Assembly: GCA_016177225.1 (NCBI GenBank)
Contig: JACOVQ010000002.1
Coordinates: forward strand, 1 to 59,652
Length of the DNA: 59,652 nt
Reading direction: 5' to 3'
DNA from: Candidatus Zambryskiibacteriota bacterium
GTDB taxonomy: Bacteria; Patescibacteriota; Minisyncoccia; Phycocordibacterales; Zambryskibacteraceae
Below, in pieces: positions 53,954 through 59,652 of the stretch (its first letter is position 1; every line of letters begins with the position of its first letter). The notes beneath the pieces are model-generated. The model ran no database searches and was not told the origin of the DNA. It was given only the letters and a program-made list of their open reading frames with translations. The translations under genes and the position numbers were made by a program.

Positions 53954-55529
53954 TGAGAATTTTCTTCAGTTCTTCTGAACTTGGTCCGTTTTGTTTTGAT
54001 TCTGGTTTAGGTTGTATTGTCGGTTGTCGGTTGTCGGTTGTCGGTTGATTTCCTACTACCGCCTTGAGAGCACTGCGTAGGTCCGAGATATGTTTCGGGT
54101 CAGGTTTTCTCTGATTATCTGGTGGCTTAACTAAAGTTTTGAGGAAAATGACGGGTTTTGGAACTGGAGGTGGAACGAGCGGTTTATAAGGAGTCATAGG
54201 CTTGCCCAACGCAGGCGCAGATTTAGTATCAATCATTTTCCCTTCCGCATGCCAGTCGGCAATCCCTTTTTCGACATCCGGACGCGGGCGGGAGAACATC
54301 TTCCGGGAACTTTCGATAATCTCAGAAACGCGCGGGAGTTCGGTTTGTTCCAGCGGCGGCATGGTAACCGCAGAAAACGGCGCCGAGGCTACGGAATCTA
54401 TCATTAGTTTAAGGTAAATTTGCCGCAACCCCAGATTAACCAAATCTTCCGCCATAAAGGTCGGAGCAAATTCTTTCTCCAAGATTTCCGCGTCATAGGC
54501 GCCGACACGGAAAGTAATCATGGTGCCGACATTGCCAAACACCGCGTCCCGCACCTCTTCTTCCATTTGCTCGATGTACTGATGTGCCATCGTAAGATTG
54601 AGTTTATATTTACGAGCTTCCGAAAGAATATCGGCAAAAGAACGGTCAGCGAAAGACTGGAATTCATCTACATATAGATAAAACGATGGTAACTTGGCAA
54701 GCGTAGCGGCATTCTCATCAGCGCGGCTCATGGCGGCCAGATAAATTTTGGTAATAAGCATGGAGCCTAAAAGCCTGGCATTGCCTTCTCCCACACGACC
54801 TTTGGACAGGTTTACAATTAAAATTTTCTTCTCGTCCATTAATTTTCTCACGTCAAAGCTCGATTTCGGCTGGCCGATAATATTTCGAATCAAGGGATTT
54901 CCCGCAAACTGGCCGATTTTGTTTTGAATGGCGGGGGTAGCTTCCTGCGTATATTTGTCGGTATATTTGGCATACTCATCAACCCAAAAGCTTTTGACGG
55001 AAATATCGGTAACATTATCGACCACTTTGGTTCTGAAAGCTTTGTCCGTATACATGCGATTGACGGCAAGAAGCGTTGCTCCGGGATATTCCAGAAGCGC
55101 CAGAAGCGTGTTTTGTAAGATATAAGCCATGCGGGCGCTCCAGGCGTCTTCCCAAATCTTTTCAAATACGCTCATCAACCCATTGACTACCAAGTGGCGC
55201 TTCTCCACGCCGACATCTTCCATGATATTGAAAGAAACCGGGTGGTCCATATCAAAAGGGGCGAAGTATAAAACATCTTTGATGCGTTCGGACGGCACAT
55301 ATTCAAGAAGCTTCTCCGCTGTACCGCCATGCGGGTCGACAAAAGCCAGACCTTCACTATTCCTAATATCCTGAATGGCCATGTTCTCAAGCAGAGTGGA
55401 CTTGCCCATACCAGTCTTGCCGATAACATAGACATGCTTGGAACGGTCGGGGCTTTTGATGCCAAACTTGACGCGCTGGCCGCGCGCGTCCGTTTCCGCA
55501 AAATATGTAATCTTTTGAGGATCTTCCAT
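53943..55529 (-). CDS. VirD4/TraD-like (type IV coupling protein-like) P-loop ATPase, soluble
   Basis: HVYVIGKTGMGKSTLL (Walker A), FYLYVDEFQSF (Walker B) and KYKLNLTMAHQYIEQ. No N-terminal TM helices. Start taken at MEDPQKI. Confidence 0.65.
   Translation of the reverse strand: MEDPQKITYFAETDARGQRVKFGIKSPDRSKHVYVIGKTGMGKSTLLENMAIQDIRNSEGLAFVDPHGGTAEKLLEYVPSERIKDVLYFAPFDMDHPVSFNIMEDVGVEKRHLVVNGLMSVFEKIWEDAWSARMAYILQNTLLALLEYPGATLLAVNRMYTDKAFRTKVVDNVTDISVKSFWVDEYAKYTDKYTQEATPAIQNKIGQFAGNPLIRNIIGQPKSSFDVRKLMDEKKILIVNLSKGRVGEGNARLLGSMLITKIYLAAMSRADENAATLAKLPSFYLYVDEFQSFADRSFADILSEARKYKLNLTMAHQYIEQMEEEVRDAVFGNVGTMITFRVGAYDAEILEKEFAPTFMAEDLVNLGLRQIYLKLMIDSVASAPFSAVTMPPLEQTELPRVSEIIESSRKMFSRPRPDVEKGIADWHAEGKMIDTKSAPALGKPMTPYKPLVPPPVPKPVIFLKTLVKPPDNQRKPDPKHISDLRSALKAVVGNQPTTDNRQPTIQPKPESKQNGPSSEELKKILNGS
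54018..54045 (-). repeat. Tandem heptamer (TGTCGGT)x4 inside the ATPase C-terminal tail
   Basis: Read directly from the sequence. Encodes PTTDNRQPT. A degenerate relative lies at about 12565..12590, inside 11896..14172 (QPTTDNQQQ). Confidence 0.85.
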
Positions 55530-55580
55530 TACACGAATTATAGCGAATTTTATCGAATGATACGAATGATAAACAAATAG

Positions 55581-55606
55581 CCGAAGCGCGCTTCCGCACG
55601 CTTCGG
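55581..55606 (-). terminator. Hairpin terminator after 55614..56102
   Basis: CCGAAGCG-CGCTTCCGCA-CGCTTCGG, then T-rich on the minus strand. TATAAT (55537..55542) follows, 7 nt upstream of the ATPase ATG. Confidence 0.5.
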
Positions 55607-55613
55607 CCAAAAT

Positions 55614-56102
55614 TTAACGTTCAAGAGATATCTTGCGTCTTTTGAGTTCGGTACGAATCTTCTCTTCCTGGTCTTTAGAGACTCGCTCTGCAAGGGAGAG
55701 AGCTTTGATGAGAAACGACCTTGATGTCAAAAGGTCTTTGCCGATAGCGAGATAGGAGAATCCGATAGCGGCGAGCACTCGCACAAGCTGCTTCTCATCT
55801 TCGATTATCGTGACTAAACGTTCCGCCGCACGAAACTGAGCAAAAGCCTCACCTCTACGCTTTGCACTCAGTTCAATGTTGCCAAGAGTAATATGCATCA
55901 ACGCTTTGGTATGTGGCTTGATCGTGGTATCAGGAAACCTATTGAGAATAAAATCAATAGCATCCTTTGCTCGCTCAACATCACCGCCGAGCCATATTGG
56001 CGCCTTGGACCAAATAGTAGCGCAAACGTCAATTTGGTCCGCCGATAGCTGAGTAAAGCTTACATTTTTTAGGTTACTCACTGCCCGCCACATGTGCCAC
56101 AT
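55614..56102 (-). CDS. Hypothetical all-helical (TPR-like?) protein (162 aa)
   Basis: ORF track only. No motif recognised. Confidence 0.5.
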   Translation of the reverse strand: MWHMWRAVSNLKNVSFTQLSADQIDVCATIWSKAPIWLGGDVERAKDAIDFILNRFPDTTIKPHTKALMHITLGNIELSAKRRGEAFAQFRAAERLVTIIEDEKQLVRVLAAIGFSYLAIGKDLLTSRSFLIKALSLAERVSKDQEEKIRTELKRRKISLER

Positions 56103-56117
56103 GGCAATCGGTTTTTG

Positions 56118-56285
56118 TTACCATTGTTCCATGTAGCGCTTGACTAGCGAGTAATGAACGCTGGCCAACGCCACATATGGTGCCAAGATTTGTCCACGAG
56201 CAATTTCATCCAAAAATCGTTTACGCGCTTCGTGCATAACCTGCCACGCGCTTCCGCGCTGCCAAATCATTTCTGAAAGATTCAT
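56118..56285 (-). CDS. Small hypothetical protein (55 aa) MNLSEMIWQRGSAWQVMHEARKRF...
   Basis: An ATG..TAA ORF below the track threshold. AAAGGAG lies 7 nt upstream. It ends 15 nt before the next gene. Confidence 0.4.
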   Translation of the reverse strand: MNLSEMIWQRGSAWQVMHEARKRFLDEIARGQILAPYVALASVHYSLVKRYMEQW

Positions 56286-56414
56286 GCTGAACTCCTTTGC
56301 TGAACTTTATCTGTTCAAAACTATATCACATTATTTTTATATTTACAAATACATAATAAGAAAGCGGTCGTTTTCTTATTATGTATTTGGGTTAATTTGC
56401 GAATAACACTTCTA

Positions 56415-56684
56415 TTATAATTGCCCGTCTTCTTCTGGTTTTGATAATACTTCCTCTAACTGCTTTTCCGCCACAAGTTCTGCCTGGAGTTTTTTATGAG
56501 CTTGACGTTTTTGCGCTTTGGCTTTAAGCGAGAGTTTTCTATCAAAATTAGCCCAAACCGAGAGCAGGATTATGGAAAGACCGGCAAATACTTGAAAAAA
56601 TGATTCCCATGCGCGAGGAAAGCCGAGAACCGGCAATAGAGCAATTAGAACTCCGAGTGTGACTATAATTCTTGATTTTGGCAT
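56415..56684 (-). CDS. Small two-TM membrane protein (89 aa)
   Basis: IIVTLGVLIALLPVLGF and FAGLSIILLSVWANF, followed by a charged tail. Confidence 0.5.
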   Translation of the reverse strand: MPKSRIIVTLGVLIALLPVLGFPRAWESFFQVFAGLSIILLSVWANFDRKLSLKAKAQKRQAHKKLQAELVAEKQLEEVLSKPEEDGQL

Positions 56685-56685
56685 T

Positions 56686-57525
56686 TCAAATATTATACAC
56701 TTCCTTCAAAATCTCGGCATCTTTCCTGCTTTCTTTTAATAATTCAATGTTTTTATCGCGTATCGACTCTAAAACTTTGAGACCTTTTTCATCTTTAACC
56801 TTATCTTTATATGAGCGGAGAAGCGCTTCAAAATCTTTAGGAAAGCAACGCCCACCGGCTCCACGTCCGCTCTTATGAATAGGTCGAGCGTAACGATTAG
56901 GGACAAATGGATCTGCCTGCATAGCTTCTTCGATCTTTCCCCAATTGGCTTCCAAAGCTTGCGAAAGGTCGTATATTAAGTTGAAGAAAATTATTTGGGT
57001 ATAGCCGCCGCAATTGTGCGCATACTTTATCAATTCGGCTTCTTCGCTAGACACAGTGGTAGAAAATGGAGCTTTAGGAAGAAGAGTATGGACCAGTTCT
57101 GCCGCTTTTTTATATGTATCAGTATCTTTAGGTATACCTACAATATTGGCAAATGGATGAGAGGTATCATATGCAACAGTCGCTTCGCTCAAGAATTCTG
57201 GAGAGTGTATCAGAATAACATCAGGATTTTCTTCTTGAAGTTTCTTTGTAAGACCAGGGTAAATCGTGGATTTAAGGATAGCGATTTTCCCTTTCCCAAC
57301 CAGAGGAATGACTGCACGAAGAATTGAAGCATCATAACCTTCCAGAGTAGTGGAAGTGGGCACCGCGATAAAGACCACATCGCAATCTTTAATTTTTGCT
57401 TCATTGGCAATGTAAGGCTCTTCTTTCGAATATCTAACAACTTCATATCCGCAAGATTCGAAATTATCGGCAAAATGTTTGCCGACCATCCCTTGACCTA
57501 TAAATCCTATTTTAATGTCTTTCAT
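56686..57525 (-). CDS. UDP-glucose/GDP-mannose dehydrogenase-family protein lacking the C-terminal domain
   Basis: IKIGFIGQGMVGKHF (Rossmann) and GRGAGGRCFPKDF (catalytic Cys motif). About 280 aa from MKDIKIG. The tracked TTG start reads through tRNA-like sequence. Confidence 0.6.
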   Translation of the reverse strand: MKDIKIGFIGQGMVGKHFADNFESCGYEVVRYSKEEPYIANEAKIKDCDVVFIAVPTSTTLEGYDASILRAVIPLVGKGKIAILKSTIYPGLTKKLQEENPDVILIHSPEFLSEATVAYDTSHPFANIVGIPKDTDTYKKAAELVHTLLPKAPFSTTVSSEEAELIKYAHNCGGYTQIIFFNLIYDLSQALEANWGKIEEAMQADPFVPNRYARPIHKSGRGAGGRCFPKDFEALLRSYKDKVKDEKGLKVLESIRDKNIELLKESRKDAEILKEVYNI

Positions 57526-57529
57526 CCGG

Positions 57530-57566
57530 TGCGCGCGCCAAGGGTCGAACTTGGGACCTTTCGAGT
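57530..57566 (-). pseudogene. tRNA 3'-half-like fragment (anticodon-stem 3' strand, variable loop, T arm, acceptor 3' strand)
   Basis: Minus strand reads ACTCGAAAGGTC-CCAAG-TTCGACC-CTTGG-CGCGCGC-A. Paralogous to the 3' half of tRNA-Ile with compensatory T-stem changes. No matching 5' half lies adjacent. Confidence 0.45.
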
Positions 57567-57633
57567 GAGAAAGCGTGGGACGCTTTCGCAAGACCTTTTG
57601 AGATATTTTAAATAAATTTGATACCGAGCTTCG

Positions 57634-57706
57634 TGCGCGCACTTGGGGTCGAACCAAGGACCTTTCGAGTATCAGTCGAATGCTCTACCAACTGAGCTAT
57701 GCGCGC
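57634..57706 (-). tRNA. tRNA-Ile(GAU)
   Basis: GCGCGCA-TA-GCTCAGTTGGTAGAGC-A-TTCGA-CTGATAC-TCGAA-AGGTC-CTTGG-TTCGACC-CCAAG-TGCGCGC-A. TATAAT lies 9 nt upstream. Confidence 0.9.
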
Positions 57707-57864
57707 ACGAAGCTAATTATACGATTTATTTATAAATATCCAAAAGGTGTACAGTTCCTGTAAGGAATCAGTCGAAGTCACAAGTCAAAGCCTACTGGCT
57801 TTGCTTGCGACCCCGCCTCGCGTCGTCACGCTCCGACCTTCCGGTCGGGTCCCACCCCGACCTC

Positions 57865-57889
57865 ACTCCGCCAGCTGAGCTACACGCGC
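57865..57889 (-). pseudogene. tRNA 5'-fragment-like sequence (acceptor 5' strand plus D arm)
   Basis: GCGCGTG-TA-GCTC-AGCTGGCG-GAGT. Its acceptor strand is complementary to the 3' fragment at 57530..57566. No anticodon or T arm follows. Confidence 0.35.
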
Positions 57890-57969
57890 CTTCGCCAAGC
57901 CATAGCTTGGCTTCGGCGACGCGAAGCGCGCTAAGACAAGCGAAGGCTAGATTACCAAAAGAATATATC

Positions 57970-57997
57970 AAAAAGCTCGCCATCTGGCGAGCTTTTT
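57970..57997 (-). terminator. Rho-independent terminator downstream of the 16S rRNA gene
   Basis: AAAAAGCTCGCC-AGAT-GGCGAGCTTTTT (minus strand). Confidence 0.6.
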
Positions 57998-58184
57998 GCA
58001 TTTGATTCATATCATTCTCTCTTTTGTTCCGGAGAGACTTACTCTCATACAAATCGTTTTTAGGACTACGATTATCGTCCTATGCCTTGCGGCAAAATCG
58101 ACCATATAAGTCCTTTCCCTATTCGGGAAGAACGGAATTATATTGAATTACTCCACGAGCAGGTTCTCCTACCCGTGCCTTGTT

Positions 58185-58950
58185 CATGTTCTACCCTCAT
58201 GTCGCCATGAGGCACGGACTATATCATCACCCTTGTTTGAAGAATTTTCCCTTTGATAGGATGTGCTGATCCAATCTTTGAGGCAAAATTTTTATGAGAT
58301 TTTGCTCTTACATAGACTCTCCAGTAGTCCGGGTCAACACGTTCGCTAGGATTGTGTATTTTCCCTGTACTGATGTCTAACGTAGAGAGCATTCTCACAA
58401 GCTTCTCAATTTTAGTTCGATCTTTCTGAACTAGCTGAATATAGAATCCAGCTTTTACATTTCGAGGAACGCCTCCTTCGGCGTCAAAGAAACCTCTAAT
58501 ATATGCCGCTTTTTCTGCATTCGTAACCAGTGTTAGTGGATCGAATCGAAAATCAAGAAACTTCGCAAGTGTTTCCAATGTGTAGACTTCGCGATTTCTC
58601 TCTCTGTAGATCCAGGACTTATATCCAAGTTCCTGAAATAACTTTTGAAGAAACGTTAGCCATTCTGTACCCTTCTGGGTAAAACGGTATCGTTTCTTCT
58701 TATTGAGAGAGGCGTCGTGAAGCGCACCCAATAGATAAGCTTGTATTTCTTCACAAGGGGCTCGGCGTGTAGTCTCTGAGGGGTCAACAACGACTTCCCT
58801 GCTGATTCTCTGCACCTGTAACTTTGTTACAATTATGATACTTAATTATATCATAGCTGTAGTCCAGGATTCCCAGAATTTCCAGCATATAGCCAAGCTT
58901 ATTTTTCCAGAAATTACTTTCTGGCGTCGCAACGGACGCAGTTTGCGTCT
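58185..58950 (-). mobile_element. 766-nt intervening sequence in 16S at the AAGTCGT|AACAAGG site (E. coli ~1500)
   Basis: The exon junction reconstitutes the universal AAGTCGTAACAAGG. The 5' exon ends in U and the insert ends in G. It contains a LAGLIDADG ORF. Confidence 0.8.
58219..58815 (-). CDS. Double-motif LAGLIDADG homing endonuclease
   Basis: YLLGALHDAS and YIRGFFDAEGG motifs, about 90 aa apart. Confidence 0.85.
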   Translation of the reverse strand: MQRISREVVVDPSETTRRAPCEEIQAYLLGALHDASLNKKKRYRFTQKGTEWLTFLQKLFQELGYKSWIYRERNREVYTLETLAKFLDFRFDPLTLVTNAEKAAYIRGFFDAEGGVPRNVKAGFYIQLVQKDRTKIEKLVRMLSTLDISTGKIHNPSERVDPDYWRVYVRAKSHKNFASKIGSAHPIKGKILQTRVMI

Positions 58951-58984
58951 ACGACTTCGCCTTTGTCATTGAGTTTACCGTGGG

Positions 58985-59039
58985 CCCAGCCCCAGTTTTA
59001 CGATTTTAGAAAATTCTACTTCCTAAAACTGGGGCTGGG
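58985..59039 (-). repeat. Expansion at the tip of 16S helix 44 (16-bp perfect stem)
   Basis: CCCAGCCCCAGTTTTA ... TAAAACTGGGGCTGGG. This region is about 30 nt longer than in E. coli. Confidence 0.6.
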
Positions 59040-59303
59040 ACTTCGGGTACTCCCAACTTCCCTGGCGTGACGGGCGGTGAGTACAAGACTTGAGAACGTA
59101 TTCACCGCGGTATGGCTGACCCGCGATTACTAGCAATTCCAACTTCATGGGGTCGAGTTGCAGCCCCCAATCCGAACTGACGCCGCTTTTCTTACGATTA
59201 GCTCGGGGTTACCCCGTCGCAACGCGTTGTGGCGGCGATTGTATTATGCGTGTAGCCCAAGGTATCAAGGGACATGCTGACCTGGCGTCATCCTCGCCTT
59301 CCT

Positions 59304-59387
59304 CCCCGATTTAAATTTTTGATTAAAGGTTCGACCTTTAGAATTCCCAAGGTCGAACCTTGGGAACTTCAAAAACTTAAATCGGGG
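59304..59387 (-). repeat. ~70-nt expansion of 16S helix 40 containing a family-B double hairpin
   Basis: CCCCGATTTAA ... TTAAATCGGGG encloses AAGGTTCGACCTT (59326..59338) and AAGGTCGAACCTT (59349..59361). E. coli has a 15-nt hairpin at this position. Confidence 0.8.
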
Positions 59388-59621
59388 CAGTCTCGCCAGA
59401 CACTTATAACTGGCAACGAGGGTTGCGTTCGTTACCCCACTTAAGGGAACAGCTCAAACCACGAACTGACGACGGCCATGCATCACCTGTCCAGCACATA
59501 CCTTTCGGTATTCTGCTCATTTCTGAGACGGCATTATGTGCTGGGTTTCTAACCTTGGTAAGGTTCTTCGTTTACCTACGAATTAAACCGCATAATCCAC
59601 TGCTTGTGCAAGTCCCCGTCT

Positions 59622-59652
<31 letters not shown>

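Noticed and set aside
57792-58052. 86-aa ORF in the 16S-tRNA spacer, and the 71-aa ORF 59423..59638.
   Set aside because: They lie inside the rRNA spacer and the 16S rRNA gene respectively, so they are chance ORFs.

Overview
This 59.6-kb chromosomal segment looks like a Candidate Phyla Radiation (Patescibacteria/Parcubacteria-like) bacterium. The taxonomic call is inferred from the gene repertoire, the small proteins, and a 16S gene that carries an intron and helix expansions.

Layout:
- 0-2.2 kb: a two-gene cassette (XRE regulator plus a membrane-anchored protein) bracketed by a perfect 125-bp inverted repeat.
- 2.2-14.2 kb: housekeeping genes (tsaD, valS, a PrsW-like protease, Hsp20, tRNA-Arg, tRNA-Phe, glutaredoxin, lepA, murJ, and a TPR membrane protein).
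- 14.2-15.0 kb: a REP-associated tyrosine transposase (RAYT) flanked by REP hairpins.
- 15.0-18.2 kb: RNase P RNA plus two visibly G+C-richer genes for secreted or membrane proteins, flanked by 55-bp direct repeats.
- 18.2-22.7 kb: a 1522-aa protein with an HTH domain, a transmembrane helix and a fibre-like region.
- 22.9-29.5 kb: lepB, gatB, obg, a DedA-like gene and secA.
- 29.8-53.9 kb: a large glycan island with neuA/neuC/neuB, about 10 glycosyltransferases, a flippase, epimerases, methyltransferases and a B12-radical SAM gene.
- 53.9-57.5 kb: an orphan VirD4/TraD-like ATPase and small unknown genes.
- 57.5-59.65 kb: tRNA-Ile and the 3' part of a 16S rRNA gene that holds a LAGLIDADG-encoding intron.

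Most unusual observations:
1. Short palindromic repeat families sit in frame inside essential genes (secA twice, gatB, tsaD, lepA). One of these families also sits inside 16S helix 40.
2. The 16S 3' tail appears to lack the CCUCC anti-Shine-Dalgarno core, and many native genes have TATAAT only 6-9 nt upstream of the ATG, which suggests leaderless mRNAs.
3. A few G+C-rich genes carry strong Shine-Dalgarno sites and look foreign.

Coordinates for features not taken from the ORF track were read by eye and may be off by 1-2 nt. No searches or computations were run.
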